A stretch of DNA of 63,467 nucleotides, counting the filler, from Octopus bimaculoides (taxonomy: Eukaryota): NCBI RefSeq assembly GCF_001194135.2. It is 6 parts of 5 records of this genome, joined end to end, with 100 filler letters (N's around TTAATTAATTAA, not from the genome) between each part and the next. Parts side by side here need not be neighbours in the genome. Positions count along the whole stretch, not along the records: positions 31,497 to 47,050 come from NC_068993.1; positions 47,151 to 55,814 come from NC_068987.1; 4 more parts are not named here. One strand, given 5' to 3'. A program made the translations under genes and the position numbers. Under the pieces are notes generated by a model, which was given only the letters and a program-made list of their open reading frames with translations, ran no database searches and was not told the origin of the DNA. Numbering within the stretch: the first letter of the stretch is position 1; each line of letters opens with the position of its first letter. Of the stretch, positions 34,030 to 48,140 are shown piece after piece.

Positions 34030-34959
34030 NNNNNNNNNNNNNNNNNNNNNNNNNNNNNNNNNNNNNNNNNNNNNNNNNNNNNNNNNNNNNNNNNNNNNNN
34101 NNNNNNNNNNNNNNNNNNNNNNNNNNNNNNNNNNNNNNNNNNNNNNNNNNNNNNNNNNNNNNNNNNNNNNNNNNNNNNNNNNNNNNNNNNNNNNNNNNNN
34201 NNNNNNNNNNNNNNNNNNNNNNNNNNNNNNNNNNNNNNNNNNNNNNNNNNNNNNNNNNNNNNNNNNNNNNNNNNNNNNNNNNNNNNNNNNNNNNNNNNNN
34301 NNNNNNNNNNNNNNNNNNNNNNNNNNNNNNNNNNNNNNNNNNNNNNNNNNNNNNNNNNNNNNNNNNNNNNNNNNNNNNNNNNNNNNNNNNNNNNNNACCA
34401 AAGTCTTGTCAGTGGATTTGGTGGACAGAAACTGAAAGAAGCCCGTCATATATATATATGTGTGTGTGTGTGCGTGCGCGCGCACGTGTGCATGTGTGTG
34501 TATGTGTGTGTGGATGTGTGTGTGTTTATCCACCCCCACCACAGAATACTGTGTTGATCTTCGTTTCAGGGAGGTTCACTCCTTAAAGTCTATTTGTAAC
34601 ATTCATTTCTTCTGTTTGTATTATTTCTATGCATTATTTTGTCATGTAAAAATCAAAGAAGCATATCATATGCACAATTTATAATGGCCATAAGAATTTA
34701 TTATAACTAGATTGATGTGTCAACCAGAAGGGAGTATAAATAAAAGTATTATTAAACATCATGCAGCCGTTTTCTTTATTGTTGGCTAAATTCATAAATT
34801 TCTACATACTGTAACTTCATTTCTTTCTGTTATTTCACCTTCTTTTTTAAGTTAATGATTATAAAGAAGAAAAGTAAAGGATACACTGCACAGAAATTAA
34901 AGATTAAAAGATGAACTGGAAAGAACTACACCATCATGATTTTGATTGTGAATGCTATA

Positions 34960-35880
34960 ACAGTGACATAAGTAGAGACACAGAAAGTGAATGACAATAC
35001 AGAGACACTGATAGAAACAAAAGTGGTGATACATAAAACATATCACAGTGACATAAACAGTAATTACAGAACTGAATGACTTTATGGTGACACATAGACA
35101 ATTGCTCATGCATACAAACAATGCAAAAGCGGTGACATTACAGTGAAACAGGCACAATTGCTGATAGACAGCAGAAAGTAAGTACATCCCTGTGACACAA
35201 ACAGAAACAGTTACTGATGCATAGAGCAGGAAATGACTGACATCTGTGTGACACAAACAGAATCAATTGATAAAAAAGACAACAGAAATTATGTGACCCT
35301 GCAGTAACACAGAATCAGTTACTGACAGACAACAGAAAACAATTGACATTACAGTGATTCATACATAAGTAATAGTTAATACATAATGTGATGGTTAACA
35401 GGCTGAAACATAGACAGTATCAGGTACAGACAGGTGAGAATGAGTGTCATTACAACAACATACACATACACATACATACACACACACACACACAGAGGCC
35501 ATTTCTGATACAAGCAACCAAAAGAGACAACATTAAAGTAACACACTAACTATTGCTGATAGACAGCAGCAAGTGAGTGACATTACAATGACACAGAGAC
35601 AATAGCCAATACAGGTAATAAAAAATGAGTGACATTACAGTGACACAGACACATTTTCTGATACAGAAAACAGAACCTTACAGACAATTGCTGATACCAA
35701 CAGCAGAAAACATTTGATATCAGAGTGACATTACTACAGTGACACGCACAGACAATTGCTAAGACATGTAAAAGAAAACTAGTGACAGTACAGTCACTCA
35801 AACAGAGGTACTTGTTGGTACAGACAATAGGAAAAGAGTGACAGTTCAATGGTACTAGTGATACAGACATCAGAATATCT
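34960..35880. repeat. Degenerate tandem repeat, about 50-bp unit (GAGTGACATTACAGTGACACAGACAGACAATTGCTGATACAGACAACAGAAAA-like)
   Basis: Recurring gtgacattacagtgac, caattgctgata and cagaaa words at roughly 50-bp spacing. Confidence 0.7.
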
Positions 35881-37940
35881 AAAAATAATAAAATGATATA
35901 ATACTAAGATTATGACTTTAATTTCATATTTGTTTTAGTTAGGTTTTTTACTCTAATTTGTAATTGATAAAAGTGAGATGCTTTGATAAAATATGATCAG
36001 TAAAAATTTAAACCGGTAAATTGAAATATCTGAAAGAGGAATATGAATCAAAATTCATTTTTTAAAGAAAATATTCAAATTTAAATAGTCAAAAAATGAC
36101 TCAATTTGAATTTCAATTTCACATTAAAATCTTTCTCACTAAATACAAATATCTCAGATGAAATTTCAAACTGCAAACATGTTTATAAAATCATCACTTC
36201 TATAAAATAAACATGTATAGAATGAGATCTTTTTCAAAAGTTGCTAATATGCTCTATAAATTCACATAGTCACATAAGGGATATGAAAATCAACTACAAT
36301 GTTCAACTATCAGCTGAAACACAAATTATGTACAGGGATAGGGTACCTTACAATAGGGTACCTTACGTCGACAAAAACAATACAACTTAGATTTTATAAT
36401 CCTTGATGCAAAATATATATTATTAGAAATCAGAGAGAATGATGCAAAGCTACGGATAAGATTCACAGTATTTAGAACCTTCCACCATCAATATCTCTGC
36501 ACTTGCACATGAACATCAACTCTCTCTCTCTCTCTCTCTCTCTCCAATGAAACTTAAATATCAATGTTGAGATGTTCAGTGTAAACAACTTAGCAAGACA
36601 TGTATTTGACAGCACACAAAGATGGCTCTAGCTGTCAGCTACCGTCATCTGCTTATTTTTGTTATCAAAATTTTCTGAATTGATAATGAGGGTAAGACAC
36701 AAAACATTAGAGTACAATTTTGTTTTGAAAGTTTTACATTTGATATTCCATCAGTAACTGAATAAAATGATCAGAATTTCAGAAAAACAGAACATTAATC
36801 CTTGTAACCAACTTGGTTGAACCATTTTTACTGTTGAAGGTTCCACCAACACTAATTCATTCCAATCTATGCTTTTATAGGGTTAGTGGATGAAGGAAGC
36901 AGTAACCAAGATTGAATTCTTGCAACAAAATGCACTCCACCATGAGCTGCAAGATAAAGTCTTCCACTGTCCATCCAGTGGGTTTCTGCACAGATTCTGT
37001 CAACTTAATTTCACTTACAAAGCTTGGGCTGACTTAAGGCTATGATAGAAGATACTTAGCAAAAGTGCTGCACAAGATAATTGAACTTGAAATGACATTA
37101 TTGCAAAACTTCCTAACTACATTACCACATTTTATTACACTACTATTCTGTTGACTTAGCATATCTTGTTTTAGTGGGGCTAAGAAGAATTAAAAGCTGC
37201 AGACTACTATTAACTTGTTGACGAAGGATGGAGCTAATGGTAGACATCTCATATAGTAAAATACTTCGGTGGTTGAAGAGAATTCTTTTCATTCTGTGTT
37301 TACTGCTGATTTTTTTATACAGCTGCCCAGTCATTTCACAAATGGAATGTAAAATAAACAGATAGTAACAATTTATCATGCAATAAATGCTATTATTAAA
37401 TGTTTAGACATGGGAACCAAATAATGCCTGGTGATGTTAAGGTAGTCAGTAAATCCTGTATTGATGAACAAGATGTCTGGGAAATGCCAGCAAAGGAATG
37501 ACAAAAATGCAATTGGGTGAGGCTAATAGTACATCTCTAAATATTTCAAGATAACTTAAAGATACTGAAGAAAGTGAGATTTCCCATTCACTAGCAATCA
37601 AGAGATTGTATCACAATGTAATGTACTTATTCCATAATCTCCACAGTTCCCAGCACCTGTTGCTATATTAACCAACCAACCAACCAACCAACCAGCCAAC
37701 CTGCCTGCCTGCCTGCCTATCTACCTATTGGATTGGCTGTTGTTCGCATCATCTTGTGCAAGTTCATATATTTTGTCATATTTACTTATGTATACCTGTA
37801 TACATTTTTGTCAGAAAGGTTCCTAATGACATCTGCTTGGCCTTGAGTATAGCTCACTCGAAAATTTGCCCTTTAAGGGGCCAATTTTCATATTGCAAAA
37901 TTTTGTGTCATAAATATTTTCATCTGTTTGGAAAACAGAC

Positions 37941-40900
37941 ATGTACAGTTCAGCTAACAGTGGCAGCTTTCCTGCGCTCCAGTTAGAAATGGAATTCCCT
38001 CCATTACCTTCACCGAACACATCAAATAAAATAGAAAACATTGATGCACTCACACACACACAAACACATTTGAACAACAATACGTGTACTGACGCAAGCT
38101 TTCCTTCCGAACAAGTGAGAAGGGAAGACAAAAACAATGAAAACACTCATAAAACAATAAGCAGTGCAACCACGATTATCACTTCTCCTGTCACCACCAC
38201 CATCACTTCTGTCATGAAAACTGTTACCACCAACAACAATGTCACAGACAAACTAAATAATTTTGCTTCTGTTTTAAAGCAAAAGAAATATTTAATGCGC
38301 TTCTCAAAGGAAGAACTACAAGATTGTAAACAATTATTATACAAAGAAGACAGAACCATTAAGCTGAACACTCCACAAAGCATTTTGCAAGACATTTCCA
38401 AAAAAAAAAGTTATTTACAAAACCCTGAACACAAAAAATAAAAGATTAGAACAGGCCACTCAAGAAACAGTTGAGAAGTGTCTACAGCCCATATGGGCTT
38501 TTAAAACATATATTGCAAGAGGCAAAAAAATTGCTACGATCGAGGTAAGGTTTGATACGGAAGAATGCGTAAATGAACACTCAACAAACCTGGAATGTGG
38601 GGAATTTATATCCCACTTACCTCGGTTGTCGGGTGACAAAGGCAAAAATTAAAGATGTACCCCCTGAAATAGAAATAAGATGGCTGGTGTCAGCCATCTG
38701 TTATGATTTAGTAGATCAAATCAACATCTTAGAAATTGCCTTCCTGGAACAGCTAAATTGGATTGGACAAGGGCTGGATTTATTAATTCAAGCAAGTCAG
38801 GCGACAATCGAAAATCTCCCAGATTTTATTTTAGTTCCAGATGGCACAAACCTACGTGTGGCCGTTGAAAGCAGAAGGCCATGTTGCTACCTTTGTGATA
38901 GCAGATACCATCTCAAAAAAGACTGCCATCTATTTAAAGAAGAAGTACAAGAACAACAACAACAAAACAAAAACCAAATGGAAAACCAGCACTGCTACCC
39001 ACACTGCCAGCAACACAACTGATAAAGCAAATGAAAGAGCTCCACCAACCAAAAAGCCAGCCTAACCAAACAACACCACCATCAGCCCACCCAGTACAGA
39101 GACAACACCATCACCATCATCACCAACCACAACAAAGCATCCAACCCAGAATAAAAAAGGAAAAAAACTAATCCCCCATCTCCATCAACCCATACATCAC
39201 ATCCCAGCAACCACCAACCAACACCAACAACAGCAACATCAACAACAACACACTCACAAATTGATCCCAATACCCTTCCCCTCCCTTCTCCTGAATCCTC
39301 TGACATGTTGGACGAAGTCGATAAAGAAGAATGGCAAATGGCCACAGAAGAGAGAAGAAAAAGGGGAAAGAAAAGAAGAGACATGCAATCAAAAAAAGCA
39401 AGGAAATTCACTGCTCCTGAGAACACAACTCCCGCACAAAATAAAAACAGTACCACCATCACTACAAACACCAAATGGCCCTGCAATGTTGACAGCAATA
39501 GACACAAACAATTCAGACCTAATGCAATACATTGGGTCAAAGACCAACATAACAAGACAATGTCAAAACAAACAATCACCCATGCACAATACCACCACAA
39601 CACATAAAAATCCTACACGTGATGCAAAACACACACAATACACTGAAATCTCTCTACCCTGATGCAGTAGGGAGATTTCAAATGCACTTATCAAAAAAAA
39701 TATTCAAAAACTTCCTGAGAGAAGATTGTGAGGAGAACAACCAGCTTTTGAACAGTAAGTGACTCTCTCTCTCCCTCTCTCATTCTTTTCCTTTTTCTTT
39801 CATGTGTAAAGCACAACTTTCAATAGGAACATACTTAGAATAGATTGTATAAATATGCATGGTTGGGGTCGCCTTGGAAGCAAGGCTACCTGTTAAATGA
39901 CATCAAGTCACAGAATGTGCATATCATAGCCATCAGTGAGACCTAACTCCACAACCTGCAGGCCCCCCAGTACATGTTTGGCAGACAATTCGACATTTAT
40001 TTTTCTATGTGTCAGCCGAGAATGGGTGGATGAGGTACCGCAGTGCTTTTTCAGAAGAGTCTGGACCTTAGAGTAAGAGCAATAATCTTAGACCCAGAGG
40101 GTAGGCTGGTCGTTTTGGATGTCGATGGCAGTAATGGATGTGCTTTTTAACTGATGCACCATTTATGCACTGTCCTTAACAGGTTGGCTAGATTTCTTTC
40201 AACATCTAAAGGTTTTCCAGGGAACGTCTCAACCTTTACTTTTGGTGGGGGATTAGAATGCTACCGTGGACACACATCTAGACTATGTGGGTAGACATAG
40301 GAATAGGAGGGGATGTAAATGTCTCAAAGACCTGCTCAGACATTTCCACCTGTCTGACAGGTACCAACTGGATCACCCGAATGTGCCAGTGCGGACATGG
40401 AGCAACCGCATTGGGTCGTCCAGATCGTATTTAGACAGAGTATTTTGTAGGTCAGTGGATAAGGATAGTGCAGGTTGTCCACAATTTCATATAGTCAGCT
40501 ACACAGATCACAAATTTGTTGCTTGTATGCTTGACTTAGATAAGAATCATAGGTAGAATCACAGTGCCACAGGCTTACAGATGCAAGATTAGCACATTAG
40601 TTAAGAGGGTGTTGATGAGAGCCATCATCAATAATAGAAAGCAATTAAAACAGAATTGGTTAAGTACAGTAAGGCTCTAGTGATAGATTGAAATAGAATA
40701 GAGGGAGACCTAGTTAAAAAATTAGAAGAGGCACATAGAGGTGGTATCACATCCAATGTGCTGACCAACACTTCAACGCCAAACACAAAGGATGCGTTGT
40801 CAAAGCTAGGATGCATGTTGAGAAATGAAGGAATTGGAGCCGCCCGAGAGGCCCGAGTGGTGGAGGCACAACAAGGCAACAAAGCCACCATTAGGTCTCT

Positions 40901-42990
40901 GATAGATGAACAGGGGTGCAAATTGCTTGAGCCCAAAAAGATGTGTGAGACCTTTGAACAGCAAATTGCCCGAATGTCCAGGATAACTGGTGGGTCAGAA
41001 TGTAGGGTGAACTTTAGTGCCTACCTGCATGGCCTGCCACGACTTATGTTGTGAAAGACCCACCACAGCCGTGGATGTATGGGATGCGATGGCAGGCTGT
41101 GCAGGAGACAAGCCACCAGGCTTGGATGCTCTGCCCTACAAGCTTTATTGTCATATGCCAGACTTGTTTGGAGGCATCTTAGCAGCAGTCGACTGCAACT
41201 GGCAGCAAAATGGGAGTATATCCAGTTTTATGAGCTGAGAAGTAGTGGAACTGCTAAAGAAAGATCCAAACAAGAGGAACGTCATAGATAACTTCAGGCC
41301 CATCAGTCTGCTCAATGCAGATTTGAAGATTTTGGCCAAGGTGCTAGCTGAGAGGTTGGTGCTTGTCATCGAGAATCTGGTTGACAAGGCAAAAACATGA
41401 ACCATGCCAGGCAGGAGTATTCATGACAACCTCCATCTGATGCACTACATCATAGACAGGGTAGTTAAGGAACCTGGCATGGGTGGGGTGCTGATCAATT
41501 AGAATCAATCAAAAGCTTTCGATAGGGTCGACCATTGTCCTTAGGGTGGCTGGTTTCAGTCCTGTCTTTTGTGGTTGGATCACTGCCTTATACAGTGGCA
41601 TCCGCTTGGTAGTTTGCGTAACTGGTCATCAATCCAGGCCAATTACTATTACACGTTCAGTCCATCAAGGATGCCCCCTCTCATCGTTTCTGTACCTATT
41701 GACTCTAGGGCCACTATTGTGGAAGCTGGCAATGCTAAGGGGAATCCCATGAGAACTAGGATGTGGGAGGAGCATGTCTGACCGTCATACCTTGTCCTGA
41801 TCCTACTATCACCAAACTGAAATGCATACTCTTCTGCTTTCTGTGGAAGGGAAGCACTCCGATGGTTAGGCAATCCATTTGCTGTCAACACCCGCCAAAT
41901 GGAGGGCTGGGCATGCCGTGGTTGACGATGTGCAAACAAGTGCTGAGATTGCAACATCTCTGGCGTTTCATAGATGATGGTGATCAGGTGTAGTCACCGT
42001 TTGTGAGACACCTTCCCACTGCTTGTCTCTTTGGCTGAACTTCAGCCATGGATCAAACAGAGACCGAAGCTAATTGAATGGCACCACAAGAGCTGCCTTG
42101 CTCTCAAGCAACTCTGCTGTCCAGGACCAAACTTGTGCGACTTCAATTCCATGGTGTTCTATAGAGGATTAGTGGAGGAGAGGTGCGACAACGTTCTTGG
42201 GGAGAATCTGGGTGTCGATGAAGAACACCTGACCTGCCTCTTCAGGACAACTTTTGGGCCGGGACCTATGGACAATTACCAGAGATCCCTGGCCTGGCAG
42301 TGCTATCAGGAAACATTGCCTGTTCAGGATAAGCTCTACAGGCATGGTTTGAGATACACCGGACCGACTTGCCCGAGATGCTGTCAGAGTGATGAAATCA
42401 TTCTGCACGCACTCGTGCAGTGTCCAACTATTTCAGACATGTGAGCTGCTGTCACATGTGGGATGAATTCGGTTATCGGCCGAGTCTATCCTGAATATTT
42501 CCCCACCACCATCTTTTAACCAGGAAGGCAAGGGAGTTTGCATTGTACTGGTGGCTATGATGAAAGAATGTGTGTGGTAGACTCGTGCGAAAGGTTTAGA
42601 GACAAACACTTTCTTTTCTGGCCAATCACTCCTCAACTTTTTCAAGTACCACTTGGAAAGGAAGGTGAGAATAGAGAGGGAAGTTTTGTCTCATAAAAGG
42701 TTCAATAAAAGGTGGGTGAATGTAGCAAAAATGGTACACGTAAATGACAAAACCACTTTAAGTATGATCCTGTAAATCCAAATCCAAAAGAGAGAGAGTG
42801 TTTCTCTCATGTGTTTCGTTCCCTGCTTGAGGTTACCATGGTCTTTTTCGTAGGCTTTTCTTTCCACAGATAAACCTAATATATTTTATACTTTTACTCC
42901 CCCTTATTTTGCTGTTTACATGTCCCAAATGCTTTCAGTCTCTTTTGATCGTAATTTTTTCTTTCTTTCTTTCTTTCGAAAAGAAAAGAA
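37941..42990 (+). mobile_element. Near full-length Tx1/L1-clade LINE, decayed: ORF1 (CCHC knuckle) about 37941-39660; ORF2 (APE endonuclease, RT, C-terminal Zn finger) about 39830-42780
   Basis: CYLCDSRYHLKKDC; IIAISET; SYLDRVF...YTDHKFV; KPPGLDALP; NFRPISLLNADLKILAKV; KAFDRVD; SVHQGCPLS; CPRCCQSDEIILHALVQCP; many stops and frameshifts. Confidence 0.9.
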
Positions 42991-43036
42991 AAGAAAAGTT
43001 CTATATTGTATTGTCCCATCTGTCCATCTATATTTA

Positions 43037-43099
<63 letters not shown>

Positions 43100-43131
43100 T
43101 TGTCTATCTATCTATCTATCTCTCTATATAT

Positions 43132-44253
43132 ATATGCTGAGGACATGCATAAGCTCGCAAGGAATGAAGCCAGCATGCTCTGATGGATGTGTAATGTCAG
43201 TGTGCATACTCGACAGAGTGTAAGTATCTTGAGAGAAAAGTTGAACCTAAGAAGCATCAGTTGTGGTGTGCAAGAGAGACGATTGCACTGGTATGGTCAT
43301 GTGGCGAGAATGGNNNNNNNNNNNNNNNNNNNNNNNNNNNNNNNNNNNNNNNNNNNNNNNNNNNNNNNNNNNNNNNNNNNNNNNNNNNNNNNNNNNNNNN
43401 NNNNNNNNNNNNNNNNNNNNNNNNNNNNNNNNNNNNNNNNNNNNNNNNNNNNNNNNNNNNNNNNNNNNNNNNNNNNNNNNNNNNNNNNNNNNNNNNNNNN
43501 NNNNNNNNNNNNNNNNNNNNNNNNNNNNNNNNNNNNNNNNNNNNNNNNNNNNNNNNNNNNNNNNNNNNNNNNNNNNNNNNNNNNNNNNNNNNNNNNNNNN
43601 NNNNNNNNNNNNNNNNNNNNNNNNNNNNNNNNNNNNNNNNNNNNNNNNNNNNNNNNNNNNNNNNNNNNNNNNNNNNNNNNNCTTTATTGGACACTAAACT
43701 CTACTTGCGAAGACCTGTTGAGGCAAGTGAAATCGAAATTGAACTAAATTTGACGACTGGCACCCATGCCAACGTCTCTTTCATTGAACACTAAACTCGG
43801 CTTGCGAAGACCTGTTGGGGCAAGTGAAAGCGAAATCGTGATGGCACCTGTGCCAGTGGAGCGCTAAGAGTACCGTTCGAGCGTAATCTTTGCCAGAGCA
43901 GGTGTCTGGCTTCCATGCCAGTGGCACATAAATAACACCATTTGAGCATGATCGTTACCAGCGTCGTCTTCCCTGCTGGTAGCACGTGAAAAGACATTCG
44001 AGCAAGATCGTTGCCAGTGCCGCTGGACTGCTCCTGTGCAGGTAGTACGTAAAATACACCATTTTGAGTGTGGCCATTGCCAGAACCGCCTGACTGGCCT
44101 TTGTGCCGGTGGCACATAAAAGCACCCACTACATTAGGAAGGGCATCCAGCTGTAGAAACTCTGCCAAATCAGATTGGAGCCTGGTGTAGCCACCTGGTT
44201 CCCCAGTCCTCAGTCAAATCGTCCAACCCATGCTAGCACGGAAAGCGGACGTT
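43132..44253 (+). mobile_element. Second copy of the same RTE-type LINE (ORF2 C-terminus, gap, full modular 3' UTR)
   Basis: EDMHKLARNEASML*WMCNVSVHTRQSVSILREKLNLRSISCGVQERRLHWYGHVARM, then repeat units ending ...ggaaagcggacgtt. Confidence 0.85.
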
Positions 44254-46505
44254 NNNNNNNNNNNNNNNNNNNNNNNNNNNNNNNNNNNNNNNNNNNNNNN
44301 NNNNNNNNNNNNNNNNNNNNNNNNNNNNNNNNNNNNNNNNNNNNNNNNNNNNNNNNNNNNNNNNNNNNNNNNNNNNNNNNNNNNNNNNNNNNNNNNNNNN
44401 NNNNNNNNNNNNNNNNNNNNNNNNNNNNNNNNNNNNNNNNNNNNNNNNNNNNNNNNNNNNNNNNNNNNNNNNNNNNNNNNNNNNNNNNNNNNNNNNNNNN
44501 NNNNNNNNNNNNNNNNNNNNNNNNNNNNNNNNNNNNNNNNNNNNNNNNNNNNNNNNNNNNNNNNNNNNNNNNNNNNNNNNNNNNNNNNNNNNNNNNNNNN
44601 NNNNNNNNNNNNNNNNNNNNNNNNNNNNNNNNNNNNNNNNNNNNNNNNNNNNNNNNNNNNNNNNNNNNNNNNNNNNNNNNNNNNNNNNNNNNNNNNNNNN
44701 NNNNNNNNNNNNNNNNNNNNNNNNNNNNNNNNNNNNNNNNNNNNNNNNNNNNNNNNNNNNNNNNNNNNNNNNNNNNNNNNNNNNNNNNNNNNNNNNNNNN
44801 NNNNNNNNNNNNNNNNNNNNNNNNNNNNNNNNNNNNNNNNNNNNNNNNNNNNNNNNNNNNNNNNNNNNNNNNNNNNNNNNNNNNNNNNNNNTATATATAT
44901 ATACGACGGGCTTCTTTCAGTTTCTGTCCACCAAATCCACTCACAAGGCTTTGGTCGGCCTGAGGCTATAGTAGAAGACACTAGCCCAAGGTGCCCCGCA
45001 GTGGGAATGAACCCGGAACCATGTGGTTGGTAAGCAAGCTACTTACCACACAGCCACTCCTGCACCTATTATATATATATATATGATGATGATGATGATA
45101 TATGTGTGTGTGTGTGTGTGTGTGTTTTATCCTTTTATCTTTTACTTATTACTGTCATTAGATTGTGGCCATGCAGGGGCATCAACTTAGAGAATCTTTA
45201 GTTGCATTAATCGACCCCAGTACTTATTCTATCAGTCAGTCTCTTTCACCAAACTGCTAAGTTATGGGGACATAAACTCACCAGCATCCTTTGTCAAGTG
45301 ATGATTGGGGGGGGGGGCGACAAACACAGACACACAAGTACATATAAACATATACTCACACACATACACACACACACACACATATATCCACGATAGGCTT
45401 CTTTCAGTTTTCGTCTACCAAATCCACTCACAAGGCTTGGTTGGCCTGTGGCTACAGTAGAAGATACTTGCCCAAGGTGCCATGCAGTGGGACTGAACCC
45501 GAAACCATGTGGTTGGGAAGCAAGCTTCTTACCACACAGCCAATCCCGCATGTATGTATGTGTGTGTGTGTGTACACAATGGACTTTTTCCAGTTTCCTT
45601 CTACCAAATCCATTCACAAGACTTTGGTCGGCCCAAGGCTTTAGTAGAAGAAATTTGCTCAAGGTGCCATGCAGTTTGACTGAATCCAGAACCATGTGGT
45701 TAGGAAACTGAATAGTAGCTTCTTTACTACATATCTTTACATTCACTCTTACTTTTTACCTTGAGGTAAAAAGTAAAAGTGGAAACAACACAAAAGTGTT
45801 TAGAGATTCTTTTTACTTTACTTTTCCTTTAATTGGACAGGATAAGTATTTTTAGATTTATTACACTAAGTGACTTTTATATAATATAAGTGATTTTGAT
45901 GTGTATGTCCATCTTATCAAATATTGGTTTCAAATACTGGCTGGCAATTTGTGGGGTGAGGCCAAGTCAATTACATCAACCCCAATATTCAACTGGTACT
46001 TATTTTATCAACCCTGAAAGGATGAAAGGCAAAGTTGATCTCGGCAGAATGTGAAGACAGACAAAATGCTGCTCAACATGTTGCCTTGCATGCTAATCAC
46101 CTTCATCTTATCAAATATTAAAAATTCAGTCAAGGATTAGGACATAAGAAAAAATTACAAAAATTAGGAACATGTTCTTAACTACACACATAAAAACTGT
46201 TTTGATTTCCAGTTTCTTCTTATTTCCTAAATTTTTCTTCTGTTCTAATCTTTGACTCAGACTTTTTAATATTTGATAAGATGGGCATATATATCAAAAG
46301 CAGTAATCTATATCTATAAAATATTTTATAAAAGTTACTCGATGCAACAAAATCTAAAAATTCTTATCCTGTTCAATTAAAGTAAAAAATGTAAAATGAA
46401 TCTTTAAACATCAACCATACTTTTTCCATTTTTACTTTTTACTTATAACCTTTGATTTGTATGGATTCTTAACCCTTTTTCAACGATATATATATATATA
46501 TATAG

Positions 46506-46720
46506 CTGCATGAAAAAGTGCCACTCCCTAACAGTTGAGGGAACCCATGGAAGAGGTAGGCCCAGGAAGACCTGGGCTGAGGTGGTGAGGCAAGACCTTC
46601 GAACATTGGGCCTCACCGAGGCGATGACTACTGACCGAGACCTTTGGAAAGGTGCTGTGCGTGAGAAGACCCGGCAAGCCAAGTGAGATCGTTGCCAGTG
46701 CCCCTGGACTGGCTCTTGTG
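46506..46720 (+). mobile_element. Third fragment of the same RTE-type LINE (ORF2 end and start of UTR)
   Basis: CMKKCHSLTVEGTHGRGRPRKTWAEVVRQDLRTLGLTEAMTTDRDLWKGAVREKTRQAK*, followed directly by gatcgttgccagtgcccctggactggctcttgtg. Confidence 0.82.
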
Positions 46721-46958
46721 TGGATTAATCTCATTTACATATTACGTTAGTTCGATAACTGATTACAAAATTTTGATAACACTAAATAGAGCATAAAAAA
46801 CTAAAACATTAGTAAACATGAAGTTACAACCTCTGTGTGTGTGTGTGTGTGTGTGTGAGTGTGTGTATGCATGCACACATGTGTTTATGTATGTATGTTG
46901 TATGTGAGCTGATAGCCATTACATATGTAGGCATGCATGTGTCATGCATGCCTGTATG

Positions 46959-46993
<35 letters not shown>

Positions 46994-47154
46994 TTCTATG
47001 TATATAGATATATAAAGAGAGAGAGAGAGAGAGAGAGAGGAGGGGATAAGNNNNNNNNNNNNNNNNNNNNNNNNNNNNNNNNNNNNNNNNNNNNTTAATT
47101 AATTAANNNNNNNNNNNNNNNNNNNNNNNNNNNNNNNNNNNNNNNNNNNNCTTC

Positions 47155-47201
<47 letters not shown>

Positions 47202-47737
47202 GAGTGACAGAGCAGTACATGCCATGAAAGTGACACTGGGATAAAATATACGAAGCCCATTATACCCATCAGGACTACCCGTCTGATAAGGGTACACCAG
47301 GCACATGCATCACAACCATATGTGCGCGAGATGGTGATCTCATATCAAGACAAACAGCGCATGACCACGCAAGTGGGGCCCAGTTAGAATTTTCTTCAGG
47401 TCGAGTAGCCCATTCTGTGCAAAAGGTTCCTGAATAAGATTTGTTTAAGGATGTTGAGCAAAATACCAATATTTCCAAAGGTGAATTATTCAAACCCCCA
47501 AAGAATTCCTCTGAACACATGGCTATGATGCTCCCCCACTACTTCTGCTCATGATCAGAGATGCAGCCACCAAGAGATATGCTCAAATGGTTAAGGTCAA
47601 ACAACTGACAAGCAAATCTGTGGTATTAAGCAGAATATTTGCCGTAGCCCATCTTTTATACCAAGACAAAACAATGTACATGATAACACTTCCAGTCAAT
47701 TAAGATCAGATGCCATGAGAGCCACTGCTTGGTACTG

Positions 47738-47767
<30 letters not shown>

Positions 47768-47768
<1 letters not shown>

Positions 47769-48067
47769 TTATGTTTGACTTTTGTTTTGCATTTGTACAA
47801 GTTGGATCCAAGTCTCACCCAGAGACCTCAAGAGACAACAAGTTAGAAGTTCATGTAGGTGTTATGCCTAGGGTACCATATATTTGGATTTGTACNNNNN
47901 NNNNNNNNNNNNNNNNNNNNNNNNNNNNNNNNNNNNNNNNNNNNNNNNNNNNNNNNNNNNGGTATCTGAGCTAGGTAGTAATCAGCCCGTTTCGCTTTCA
48001 TTCCCAGGGCACCTATGACAATAGGTATTGTTTTCGTCTTCAGATTCCACATTTTGCTAATTTCTAT
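47768..48067 (-). mobile_element. 3' end of an R4/Dong-like element, second copy (internal gap)
   Basis: IEISKMWNLKTKTIPIVIGALGMKAKRADYYLAQI; UTR appears identical to 26138-26265; (ATT)n on both sides. Confidence 0.78.
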
Positions 48068-48068
48068 A

Positions 48069-48140
<72 letters not shown>

